This document shows, in pieces, positions 1 through 8,218 of a stretch of 64,000 nucleotides of DNA; within the stretch, counting starts at the first letter, position 1; every line of letters begins with the position of its first letter. Made by a program: the position numbers and the translations under genes. Under the pieces are notes generated by a model, which saw nothing but the letters and a program-made list of their open reading frames with translations, had not been told where the DNA came from and searched no databases. The stretch comes from an uncultured Actinomycetes bacterium (GTDB taxonomy: Bacteria > Actinomycetota > Acidimicrobiia > IMCC26256 > DASPTH01), in assembly GCA_963815405.1 (NCBI GenBank), contig CAWFGR010000006.1:82350-146349 (forward strand), given 5' to 3'.

Positions 1-2188
1 CCCGGGCGTCGATCTCGTGCTCCTCGATGTGGATCGAGGTGAGCACGTCGTCGCGCACGAGCCGTTCGGAGAGGACGATGGCGTCCTCGTAGTTGTGACC
101 CTTCCAGGGCATGAACGCGACCAGGAGGTTCTTGCCGAGCGCGAGCTCGCCCTGGTGGGTCGACGGCCCGTCCGCGAGGACGTCACCGACCTTGACCTTG
201 TCACCCTCGCCCACCAGCGGCTTCTGGTTGATGCACGTGCCCTGGTTCGAGCGACGGAACTTCGAGAGGCGGTAGGTCTTCTTGCCCTTGCCCTCGTAGT
301 CGACCGTGATCGCGTCGCCGGCCACCGACGAGACGGTGCCGGGGTGCTCGGCGAGCACCACGTCGCCGGCGTCGCGTGCCGCACGACCCTCGACACCCGT
401 CCCAATGAACGGCGCGGTCGCTCGCAGGAGCGGGACGGCCTGCCGCTGCATGTTGGCGCCCATGAGGGCGCGGTTCGCGTCGTCGTGCTCGAGGAACGGG
501 ATCAGCGCCGTCGCGACCGAGACGATCTGCTTCGGCGAGACGTCCATGTAATCGACCTCGTGAGGGTCGACGTAGGCAACCTCACCACGCCGGGAGCGCA
601 CGAGCACCTTCTCGGCGAGGAAGCGGCCCTTGTCGTCGACCGCTGCGTTGGCCTGCGCGATGACGTAGCGGTCCTCGTCGTCGGCGGCGAGGTACTCGAT
701 GTTGCCGGTCGCGACACCCTTCTCGACCCGGCGGTACGGCGTCTCGATGAAACCGAAGCGGTTGATGCGGGCGTAGCTCGCGAGGTACCCGATGAGGCCG
801 ATGTTCGGGCCTTCCGGCGTCTCGATCGGGCACATCCGGCCGTAGTGGCTGGGGTGCACGTCACGAACCTCGAAGCCCGCTCGCTCGCGCGAGAGACCGC
901 CCGGACCGAGCGCCGAGAGGCGGCGCTTGTGGGTGAGCCCGGCGAGCGGGTTCGTCTGATCCATGAACTGGCTGAGCTGGCTCGAGCCGAAGAACTCCTT
1001 GATCGCGGCGACGACGGGCCGGATGTTGATCAAGGTCTGCGGCGTGATCGCCTCGACGTCCTGGGTGGTCATGCGCTCGCGCACGACACGTTCCATCCGC
1101 GACAGGCCGACGCGAACCTGGTTCTGGATGAGCTCACCGACCGAGCGGACGCGACGGTTGCCGAAGTGGTCGATGTCGTCCGGGTAGTAGTCGGGGTCGT
1201 TGTTGTGCAGCTTCACCAGGTACGAGACCGTGGCGAGGATGTCGGCCTTGGAGAGCTGGAAGTCGACGGGGCCGGCCCCGGGATCGGCGTTCGGCACCCT
1301 GAGGTCGAACCGGCCGAGCGGCAGCTTCGCGTACTCCTCCCGCAGCTTCTTCGAGACCTTGTGGCGCCCGACCTTGGCCATGTCGTAGCGCTTGGGATTG
1401 AAGAAGAGGTTCTCGAGCAGCGCCCGCGCCGAATCCGGCGTCGGGGGCTCACCCGGACGCAGCTTGCGGTAGATGTCGATGAACGCCGCGTCGGCGTTCT
1501 CCGTGTGGTCCTTCTCGAGGGTGTTGCGCATCGACTCGTACGGGTTCCCGTTGGCGTCGAGGACGAGCGCGATGAGCTCCTCCTCGCTCTCGCCGAAGCC
1601 GAGCGCCTTCAGCAGCACGGTGACGGGCTGCTTGCGCTTGCGGTCGATGCGGACGTAGACGATGTCCTTCTTGTCGACCTCGAACTCGAGCCACGCGCCG
1701 CGGCCCGGGATCATCTTCGCGTCGACGACGTCCTTCTCGGGCGACGTCTTGTCGGGGTTGATCCCGAAGTAGACGCCCGGCGAACGCACGAGCTGCGACA
1801 CGACGATGCGCTCGGTGCCGTTGATGATGAACGTGCCGCGGTCCGTCATCATGGGGAAGTCGCCCATGAAGACGGTCTGCTCCTTGATCTCGCCCGTCTC
1901 CGCGTTCATGAAGCGCGCGGTGACGAAGAGCGGGCACGCGTACGTCATGTCGCGCTCGCGGCACTCGTCCTCCGAGTACTTCGGCGGGTCGAACGCGTGC
2001 TCCGACAGCTCGAGCTTGAGCTGGCCGGTGAAGTCTTCGATGGGCGAGATGTCGGCGAGGACCTCCGCGACACCTTCCTTGAGGAACCATTCGAAGGACT
2101 CTCGTTGCACCGCGATGAGATCGGGCAGTTCGAGCACTTCGCGCAGATTCGAGAACGACAGCCGTTCGCGAGACGCGAGAGGAGCCAA
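1..2188 (-). CDS. rpoB: DNA-directed RNA polymerase subunit beta, N-terminal part (continues past the left edge)
   Basis: Absent from the ORF track because there is no stop in the window. My reverse-strand translation from TTG at 2188 (GAAGGAG 5 nt upstream) reads [39 protein letters not shown]...[35 protein letters not shown]. Sits after rplJ-rplL as expected. Confidence 0.93.
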   Translation of the reverse strand, partial: MAPLASRERLSFSNLREVLELPDLIAVQRESFEWFLKEGVAEVLADISPIEDFTGQLKLELSEHAFDPPKYSEDECRERDMTYACPLFVTARFMNAETGEIKEQTVFMGDFPMMTDRGTFIINGTERIVVSQLVRSPGVYFGINPDKTSPEKDVVDAKMIPGRGAWLEFEVDKKDIVYVRIDRKRKQPVTVLLKALGFGESEEELIALVLDANGNPYESMRNTLEKDHTENADAAFIDIYRKLRPGEPPTPDSARALLENLFFNPKRYDMAKVGRHKVSKKLREEYAKLPLGRFDLRVPNADPGAGPVDFQLSKADILATVSYLVKLHNNDPDYYPDDIDHFGNRRVRSVGELIQNQVRVGLSRMERVVRERMTTQDVEAITPQTLINIRPVVAAIKEFFGSSQLSQFMDQTNPLAGLTHKRRLSALGPGGLSRERAGFEVRDVHPSHYGRMCPIETPEGPNIGLIGYLASYARINRFGFIETPYRRVEKGVATGNIEYLAADDEDRYVIAQANAAVDDKGRFLAEKVLVRSRRGEVAYVDPHEVDYMDVSPKQIVSVATALIPFLEHDDANRALMGANMQRQAVPLLRATAPFIGTGVEGRAARDAGDVVLAEHPGTVSSVAGDAITVDYEGKGKKTYRLSKFRRSNQGTCINQKPLVGEGDKVKVGDVLADGPSTHQGELALGKNLLVAFMPWKGHNYEDAIVLSERLVRDDVLTSIHIEEHEIDAR

Positions 2189-2344
2189 CGTCACTCCTTC
2201 AGAGAGCACGCGCGTGGACCCGGACCTGGGAGGTCAGCGGGGGCACGGCCGGGCAGACACGACTAGACCGATCCTACTTCGCGAGAGGATCTGGCTGCAA
2301 CAAGACACACGCGGGCAGACCCCGAGGGCCGCCTTCTGCCGCGG

Positions 2345-2373
2345 AGGATAGGACGACCCCCGTCGGGCGTCAA
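2345..2373 (-). promoter_or_regulatory. Candidate sigma-A type promoter for rpoB (TTGACG, 17 nt spacer, TATCCT)
   Basis: Minus-strand reading is CTTGACG-CCCGACGGGGGTCGTCC-TATCCT, in the rplL-rpoB intergenic region about 155 nt upstream of the rpoB start. Confidence 0.4.
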
Positions 2374-2398
2374 GGGTTTCCCCGGCGTCGCGCGGTCC

Positions 2399-2414
2399 TC
2401 GGGGCGCGCCCCGA
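2399..2414 (-). terminator. Perfect 16-nt GC palindrome just after the rplL stop (attenuator/terminator-like hairpin, no U-tract)
   Basis: TCGGGGCGCGCCCCGA lies 14 nt downstream of the rplL TAG. The rplL-rpoB spacer classically carries an attenuator. Confidence 0.35.
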
Positions 2415-2427
2415 CGATCGTCGCCGG

Positions 2428-2824
2428 CTACTTGAGCTCGACCGTGGCGCCGGCTCCCTCGAGCTGGGCCTTGGCCTTCTCCGCGTCTTCCTTCGACACC
2501 TTCTCCAGGACCGGCTTGGGCAGCGTTGTCGACGAGGTCCTTGGCTTCCTTCAGCCCGAGACCCGAGACGATGGCGCGCACCTCCTTGATGACCTGGATC
2601 TTCTTGTCGCCGGCCGCCGTGAGGATGACGTCGAACTCGTCCTTCTCCTCGGCTGCCTCGGCCGCGGCGCCACCCCCGCCAGCGGCCGGTGCGGCCGCGA
2701 TGGCGACGGGAGCCGCGGCGGTTACGCCGAACTCCTCTTCGAACGCCTTCAGGAACTCGTTGAGCTCCAGGACCGTCATGTTCTTGAAGACGTCCAGGAG
2801 GTCGGTGGTGCTCATCGATGCCAT
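2428..2824 (-). CDS. rplL: 50S ribosomal protein L7/L12, with an apparent +1 frame break near 2517-2521
   Basis: N-terminus reads [31 protein letters not shown]...[10 protein letters not shown]. After AACGCTGCCCAAG the conserved end [33 protein letters not shown] is in the next frame. Span is 397 nt (3n+1). The 196-aa track ORF is read-through. Confidence 0.85.
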
Positions 2825-2839
2825 TGCGGGTCTCCTCGG

Positions 2840-3508
2840 TTACTCGGACTCAGATTCGGATTCGGCCGCGGGCTCGGCGGACGCCTCGGCTGCGGCCTCG
2901 GCCTCGATCGCAGGGGCTTCACCGGTCTCGGCGGGCGCCGACTCCAGCGCGGGCACGGGCTCGGTGGATGTGGTGAGGGCCTCGCCACCCGCCACACGCT
3001 GGTCGATCAGGGCCTTGAGGCCAGAGGCGAAGCTCCGCGGGAAGGCCTGGAACAGGCCCGCGGCTTTCACCAGCGGTGCCTGGAACGCGCCCGCGAGCTC
3101 CGCGAGCAGCACTTCACGCGGGGCCACGTCGGCCAGACGCTCGATGTCGGTGGCGGTCATCACCCGGACGCCCAGGAGGCCGCCCTTCACCACGAGCGCG
3201 GGGTTGGCCCGGCCGAATTCACGCAGGGCTTTCGCCGCGGCGACCGCATCGCCACGGACGAATGCGATCGCGACGGGACCCTCGAGCAGCGCGGTGAGGC
3301 CCTCGATGCCGGCCTCGTCGACCGCACGGCGGGCGAGCGTGTTCTTGAACACCTTGTATTCGGCGCCGGCCCTCCGCAGCGACGTGCGCAGGTCGGCGAG
3401 AGCGCGCACGCTCAAGCCGCGGTACTCGGTGAGGACAGCCGCGTCGGAGTCTGCGAGCTTGGCACGGATCTCGTCGACCAGCTCGACCTTCTCGGTTCGT
3501 ACAGGCAT
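2840..3508 (-). CDS. rplJ: 50S ribosomal protein L10 with an Ala/Glu-rich C-terminal tail
   Basis: MPVRTEKVELVDEIRAKLADSDAAVLTEYRGLSVRALADLRTSLR...; position upstream of rplL. Confidence 0.93.
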   Translation of the reverse strand: MPVRTEKVELVDEIRAKLADSDAAVLTEYRGLSVRALADLRTSLRRAGAEYKVFKNTLARRAVDEAGIEGLTALLEGPVAIAFVRGDAVAAAKALREFGRANPALVVKGGLLGVRVMTATDIERLADVAPREVLLAELAGAFQAPLVKAAGLFQAFPRSFASGLKALIDQRVAGGEALTTSTEPVPALESAPAETGEAPAIEAEAAAEASAEPAAESESESE

Positions 3509-3688
3509 GTGGGCTCGCTCGGATCAGTGTCGGAACATGAAGAAACGGGACACCGCTGCTCCACACACGCAGCGAAACGTCCCGTTGGCAGGGGCTCGCC
3601 TCGTCCGGCGGGCCCGGCGTGGCGCCGGAGCCCATTACCTCATCGAGACCGGAGGTCTGTGGCGCATTCAGTTGTGGCGGCGACGGTA
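3509..3688 (-). promoter_or_regulatory. Probable L10 (rplJ) leader region
   Basis: 180-nt untranslated spacer between rplA and rplJ with nested GC stems (AGACC-TCC-GGTCT; GGGAC...GCTGC...GCAGC...GTCCC). The location matches the known autoregulatory leader. Not folded computationally. Confidence 0.35.
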
Positions 3689-4408
3689 CTACACGGCAGT
3701 CGGAGCATGCTCCTCGAGACGGGTGATGAGCGGGTCGATCTTCACACCCGGCCCCATCGTGGACGACGTGGTCACGCCCTTCACGTAGCGGCCCTTGGCG
3801 GCAGCAGGCTTCGCGCGGAGCAGCTCGTCGAGTGCGGCGTGGTAATTCGCGACGAGCGCCGCCGCCGGGAAGCTCGCCTTGCCCACGGGCACGTGCACGT
3901 TCCCGTAGCGGTCAGTGCGGTATTCGACCCGGCCCGCCTTGAACTCGGCGACCGTCTTGCCGATGTCGTTCGTCACCGTTCCGGTCTTCGGGTTCGGCAT
4001 CAATCCGCGCGGACCGAGGGTGCGACCGAGCTTGCCGACCTGGGCCATCAGGTCCGGCGTCGCGATCGTCAGGTCGAAGTCGAGGAAGCCCTCCTCGATC
4101 CGCTTCACCAGGTCATCGGCACCGACGACGTCGGCTCCGGCTTCCTGGGCCTCGCGCGCCGCCTCGCCCGCCGCGAACACCGCGACCCGCACGCTCTTGC
4201 CGGTGCCATTCGGCAACGACACCGTGCCGCGGATCATCTGGTCGGCCTTGCGAGGATCGACGCCGAGGCGGAACGCCACCTCGACCGTCTCGTCGAACTT
4301 GTGGGTGGCGAGACCTTTCACGAGGTCGAACGCCTCGGCAGGTGTGTGCAGCCGCTCGCGATCGAAGCGTCGCTCTGCGTCCACGTACTTCTTGCCGTGC
4401 TGTCCCAT
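3689..4408 (-). CDS. rplA: 50S ribosomal protein L1
   Basis: [33 protein letters not shown]...[19 protein letters not shown]... Confidence 0.95.
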   Translation of the reverse strand: MGQHGKKYVDAERRFDRERLHTPAEAFDLVKGLATHKFDETVEVAFRLGVDPRKADQMIRGTVSLPNGTGKSVRVAVFAAGEAAREAQEAGADVVGADDLVKRIEEGFLDFDLTIATPDLMAQVGKLGRTLGPRGLMPNPKTGTVTNDIGKTVAEFKAGRVEYRTDRYGNVHVPVGKASFPAAALVANYHAALDELLRAKPAAAKGRYVKGVTTSSTMGPGVKIDPLITRLEEHAPTAV

Positions 4409-4495
4409 CGTGCGCTCCCGTCTCGTGCGGTGCTCCCTCGGATGTTCCCGGAGTCCGCCGGCGAGGTCCTCCGGCGGGCGGTCGTGCGAGCTGTC

Positions 4496-4924
4496 TCAGT
4501 CGGTGACCTCGATGCCCATCGAACGGGCGGTGCCGGCCACCTGCGCCATCGCGCCCTCGATGTCGACCGCGTTGAGGTCAGGCATCTTCGTCTCCGCGAT
4601 CTGGCGGACCTGCGCCTTCGAGACCCGCCCCGCCTTCTCCGTGCGGACATTCGCCGCGCCCTTCTCGATCCCCGCGGCTTGGCGCAACAGGAACGGCGTC
4701 GGCGGCGTCTTCAACACAAACGTGAAGGTGCGGTCCTCGAACACGGAGATCTCGGCCGGGACGACCGAGCCGCGTTGATTCTCGGTCGCCGCGTTGTACG
4801 CCTTGCAGAAGTCCATGATGTTGATGCCGTGCGGACCCAGTGCCGTACCAACCGGCGGCGCCGGCGTCGCCGCGCCCGCCTGGATCTGGATCTTCACGAC
4901 CGCCGCGAGTCGCTTCTTTGCCAT
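4496..4924 (-). CDS. rplK: 50S ribosomal protein L11
   Basis: [52 protein letters not shown]... Confidence 0.95.
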   Translation of the reverse strand: MAKKRLAAVVKIQIQAGAATPAPPVGTALGPHGINIMDFCKAYNAATENQRGSVVPAEISVFEDRTFTFVLKTPPTPFLLRQAAGIEKGAANVRTEKAGRVSKAQVRQIAETKMPDLNAVDIEGAMAQVAGTARSMGIEVTD

Positions 4925-4932
4925 CTCTACTC

Positions 4933-5577
4933 CTACAGCTTCGCGACTTGGCCGAGCTCGAGCTCGACCGGGGTTTCGCGGCCGAAGATGTTCACGAGCA
5001 CCGTGATCATCGATCGGGCGACGTCGATGTCGCTGATCGTGCCGTTGAAGTCGGCGAACGGTCCCGTGGTGACCCGGACCTGCTCGCCCACCTCGAACTC
5101 GAGACGCGGCCGCGCCTTCTTCTCGCGACCCGGCTCCTCTTTCGCCCCGGTGCCGAGGATCGACTCGACCTCTTTCTGCGAAAGGGGGGTCGGGCGGGCG
5201 CCGTTGCCGACGAACCCGGTCACGCCCGGCGTGTTGCGCACGACGTACCAGGAGTCGTCGTCGAGGTCCATGCGCACCAAGAGGTACCCGGGGAAGACCT
5301 TCTTCTGCACGACCACCTTGCGGCCGGCCTTGAACTCGATGACGTCCTCCATCGGGATGACGACCTCGAAGATCCGCTCCTCGACGTTCATCGAACGGAC
5401 GCGGCTGGCCAGGTTCTGCTTCACCTTGTTCTCGTAGCCCGCGTACGTGTGCACCACGAACCAGTCCCCCGGACGGTCGAACGGGCTCGGTTCCCGGACC
5501 CCGACCTCGTCCGCGAGGCCTTCCTCGACCACATCGAGAAGCTCGGCATCGGCGAGGTCCGGCACTGCGACGAGCAC
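4933..5577 (-). CDS. nusG: Transcription termination/antitermination factor NusG (start uncertain; may extend to the ATG at 5738 through a frame break)
   Basis: [24 protein letters not shown]...[10 protein letters not shown]...[20 protein letters not shown]. An acidic extension typical of Actinobacteria (MDEQHPFDEESTPDGPVTDHPTDEIAEPP...) starts at 5738, 9 nt after the secE stop, but in another frame. Confidence 0.88.
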   Translation of the reverse strand: MLVAVPDLADAELLDVVEEGLADEVGVREPSPFDRPGDWFVVHTYAGYENKVKQNLASRVRSMNVEERIFEVVIPMEDVIEFKAGRKVVVQKKVFPGYLLVRMDLDDDSWYVVRNTPGVTGFVGNGARPTPLSQKEVESILGTGAKEEPGREKKARPRLEFEVGEQVRVTTGPFADFNGTISDIDVARSMITVLVNIFGRETPVELELGQVAKL

Positions 5578-5746
5578 CTCCTCGCTGCCGAGGTCGTCCG
5601 ACCGAGCGCGACCTCCGCAGCGGCGTCCACCGCCGGCGTCGTCAACCAGGACGGGGGCTCCGCGATCTCGTCGGTCGGGTGGTCCGTCACGGGGCCGTCG
5701 GGAGTCGACTCTTCGTCGAAGGGGTGCTGCTCGTCCATCACGGGGC

Positions 5747-6031
5747 TCAGTCGAAGAGGAACAGCGTGAACTTGGACGACGCGTAGTCGAAGCCGAAGAT
5801 CAACGCGGTCATGACGATCACCGCGATCAGCACGACCACGGTCGAGTTGATGACCTCGTGTTTCGAGGGCCACGCCACCTTGCGAAGCTCACCTTTGACC
5901 TCGCTGACGAACTCCTTCGGGCTGGTCTTCTCGCGTGGCGCGCTCGAGGCCGCGGCCGGGCTGCGCCGTTCGGGCGCGCGCGGGCGGTCCGCACCTTGGC
6001 GCTGCATCAGGCGCTTGGTCTGTCGGTTCAC
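5747..6031 (-). CDS. secE: Preprotein translocase subunit SecE
   Basis: GTG start. ...KEFVSEVKGELRKVAWPSKHEVINSTVVVLIAVIVMTALIFGFD. Lies between tRNA-Trp and nusG. Confidence 0.9.
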   Translation of the reverse strand: MNRQTKRLMQRQGADRPRAPERRSPAAASSAPREKTSPKEFVSEVKGELRKVAWPSKHEVINSTVVVLIAVIVMTALIFGFDYASSKFTLFLFD

Positions 6032-6061
6032 GAGCGGCCTTCGATCAATCGTCGATCACTG

Positions 6062-6134
6062 CAGGGCAGGAGGGAATCGAACCCCCAACCGCCGGTTTTG
6101 GAGACCGGTGCTCTGCCAATTGAGCTACTGCCCT
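6062..6134 (-). tRNA. tRNA-Trp (anticodon CCA)
   Basis: Minus strand AGGGCAGTAGCTCAATTGGCAGAGCACCGGTCTCCAAAACCGG...GGTTCGATTCCCTCCTGCCCTG. Anticodon loop CT-CCA-AA. Canonical position upstream of secE. Confidence 0.9.
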
Positions 6135-6228
6135 CCGGCGCGGGGGCTGGGCGATGCAGAATAGCAGCAGGCGTGCGCGAGCCTCCGGGCGGGAAACCCA
6201 CGCAGCCCCGCGCGAAGGGCGGTGAGCG

Positions 6229-6600
6229 TCAGCCCGCGACGGTGACGGCGCGCCGCTTCGAGCGCCGGACCAGCACGGCCGCGGTGGCGGCACCGGCGGC
6301 GGCCAGCGTGGCGCCACCGATCGCGCCGACGTAGGCGACACGGCGACCGGACACCAGCGAGCGAACGGCCTGGCGCTCCCCCGCCTCGCCGAGCGCGGCG
6401 AGCGTCTGGGTCAGCAAGCCGGGGGACGGCTCGAGGTAGCGCGTGCGCAGCAGTTGGAGGCCCCGCAGCATCCGGCGGTAGCGCACGACCTCCGCCTGGC
6501 AGCGCAAGCACGAGTCGATGTGGCGCTGCGCGGGCAGATTGACGGCGAATCCGCCCTCGATGGCGGCCGGCAGGACCCGGACCACCTCTTCACACTGCAT
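6229..6600 (-). CDS. Anti-sigma factor, zf-HC2 type with a C-terminal TM segment
   Basis: MQCEEVVRVLPAAIEGG...QRHIDSCLRCQAEV contains H-x3-C-x2-C. Hydrophobic VAYVGAIGGATLAAAGAATAAVLV. Overlaps the upstream sigma gene by 11 nt. Confidence 0.75.
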   Translation of the reverse strand: MQCEEVVRVLPAAIEGGFAVNLPAQRHIDSCLRCQAEVVRYRRMLRGLQLLRTRYLEPSPGLLTQTLAALGEAGERQAVRSLVSGRRVAYVGAIGGATLAAAGAATAAVLVRRSKRRAVTVAG

Positions 6601-7183
6601 GAGCCCACCTCCCCTCGTCCTCGTAGAGCAGGTCCCGAAGCTTCTTTCGGCCTCGATGGAGACGAACCTTTGCGGCTGCCACCGAGATCCCCAGCTCCTC
6701 GGCGATCTCCTCGTGCGGGAGGCCGTAGACGTCCTTGAGCACGACCAGCGCCCGCAGCTTGGGCGGGAGCTGCTCCAGCGCGACCGACAGCCGGCCGAGC
6801 AGGGCCGCCGTCTCCGCCGCGTCCTCCGGCTGGTTCTCGGGGTGCAAGTCGATCGGCTCGTCGACCGACTCAAGACGGTCGGAGTGCGAACGCCGACGGC
6901 GCTTCACCGCGGTGAACGCGGCGTTCGCGGTAATGCGGTACATCCACGTGCTGAACTGCGCGTCGCCGCGGAAGCGACCGATCGCTCGCCATGCCCGCAG
7001 ATAGGACTCCTGCACCACGTCTTGCGCATCCTCCTCGTTGGCCGTGAGGCGGAGCGCGAGGGTGTAGGTGTCGACGTAGGTCCGGCGGACCAGCTCATCG
7101 AATGCCTGCCGGTCACCGGCCTGGGCGGCCCTGACCAGCTCCTCGAGCTCGGGTCGCTCTCGCGGCAACTCGCTCGTGGCCAT
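6590..7183 (-). CDS. ECF-type RNA polymerase sigma factor
   Basis: ...AFDELVRRTYVDTYTLALRLTANEEDAQDVVQESYLRAWRAIGRFRGDAQFSTWMYRITANAA...LPPKLRALVVLKDVYGLPHEEIAEELGISVAAAKVRLHRGRKKL (regions 2 and 4). Confidence 0.88.
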   Translation of the reverse strand: MATSELPRERPELEELVRAAQAGDRQAFDELVRRTYVDTYTLALRLTANEEDAQDVVQESYLRAWRAIGRFRGDAQFSTWMYRITANAAFTAVKRRRRSHSDRLESVDEPIDLHPENQPEDAAETAALLGRLSVALEQLPPKLRALVVLKDVYGLPHEEIAEELGISVAAAKVRLHRGRKKLRDLLYEDEGRWAHAV

Positions 7184-7265
7184 CAGACTCGGCCCGAGCG
7201 CTGGAGGTTACCGACGGGTACGCCGACTCGGCTCCCACCGAGGTGCGGACCGGCGCAGGCCCGGG

Positions 7266-7427
7266 TCAGCGGGTCTCCTTGTGGAGCGTGTGCTGGCGGT
7301 CGAACCGGCAGTACTTCTTCATCTCGATGCGCTCACGATCGTTCGTCTTGTTCTTGATCGTGATGTAGTTGCGACGCTTGCAGACCTCACACGCCAGCGT
7401 CACCTTGACTCGCTTGTCGCTCGCCAT
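7266..7427 (-). CDS. rpmG: 50S ribosomal protein L33
   Basis: [53 protein letters not shown]. The longer track ORF runs into the tRNA. Confidence 0.92.
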   Translation of the reverse strand: MASDKRVKVTLACEVCKRRNYITIKNKTNDRERIEMKKYCRFDRQHTLHKETR

Positions 7428-7472
7428 CTCGGTTCCTTTACCTGTTTCCCGACCTGCTGATGCCCGTCCGGG

Positions 7473-7546
7473 TAGCGGTGGCGGGACTCGAACCCGCGAC
7501 AACTCGATTATGAGCCGAGTGCTCTGACCATCTGAGCTACACCGCC
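7473..7546 (-). tRNA. tRNA-Met (anticodon CAT)
   Basis: Minus strand GGCGGTGTAGCTCAGATGGTCAGAGCACTCGGCTCATAATCGAG...GGTTCGAGTCCCGCCACCGCTA. Confidence 0.88.
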
Positions 7547-7564
7547 TGGCTACAACCGCTCGCG

Positions 7565-7637
7565 AGCCCCCTTACGGACTTGAACCGTAGACCCCTTCCT
7601 TACCATGGAAGTGCTCTGCCGACTGAGCTAAGGGGGC
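7565..7637 (-). tRNA. tRNA-Thr (anticodon GGT)
   Basis: Minus strand GCCCCCTTAGCTCAGTCGGCAGAGCACTTCCATGGTAAGGAAG...GGTTCAAGTCCGTAAGGGGGCT. Confidence 0.88.
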
Positions 7638-7665
7638 GGAGCGGGCAAGGATAGCAACGCGGCCG

Positions 7666-8205
7666 GTGTCGCCACCGGGCCGGGCTACCGTGCGCCCCGT
7701 GACCGAGGCCGACCTCCAGACGGCCGTTCGCCTCGCCGAGCGGCGCGACGCGGCCGAGATCCGCGCCATCCACAACCACTACGTCACCGAGACCACCGCC
7801 CTCGCCGACATGGTCCCCCGCACGCTCGACGAGCAGGTGGCGTGGATCAACGAGCACTCCGGCGCTCATCCCGCGGTCGTCGCCGTCGCGGGCGGCCGCG
7901 TCGTCGGCTTCGCGTCGCTTTCGCTCTTCCGGCCCCGGCCGGCGTACGCGACGACCGTGGAGGACTCGGTGTACGTCGCTCCCGAGCGCCATCGTGAGGG
8001 AACCGGCCGCGCGCTCCTCGATGAGCTGCTCCGGCTCGCCTCGGCCCACGGGTTCCACAGCGTGATCGCACGGATCACCGGTGGGAACGACGCGTCCATC
8101 GGACTGCACCGCGCGTGCGGGTTCGAGCACGTCGGCGTCGAACGCGAGGTGCTCCGCAAGCACGGGCGCTGGCTGGACGTCGTCGAGATGCAACGACTCC
8201 TCTGA
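7666..8205 (+). CDS. GNAT family N-acetyltransferase (phosphinothricin-acetyltransferase-like)
   Basis: VRPVTEADL...IHNHYVTETTALADMVPRTLDEQVAWI...VVGFASLSLFRPRPAYATTVEDSVYVAPERHREGTGRALL... Confidence 0.8.
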   Translation: MSPPGRATVRPVTEADLQTAVRLAERRDAAEIRAIHNHYVTETTALADMVPRTLDEQVAWINEHSGAHPAVVAVAGGRVVGFASLSLFRPRPAYATTVEDSVYVAPERHREGTGRALLDELLRLASAHGFHSVIARITGGNDASIGLHRACGFEHVGVEREVLRKHGRWLDVVEMQRLL

Positions 8206-8218
8206 CCGCGCGCCGCCG

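Noticed and set aside
17-2266. 749-aa plus-strand ORF at the left edge
   Set aside because: It is the antisense shadow of rpoB. Its translation is low-complexity and Arg/Asp/Val-rich, while the opposite strand gives textbook RpoB sequence.
2432-5437. 1001-aa plus-strand ORF spanning the ribosomal protein cluster
   Set aside because: Antisense to rplL, rplJ, rplA, rplK and nusG, all of which translate to conserved proteins on the minus strand. This is a typical high-GC open antisense frame.
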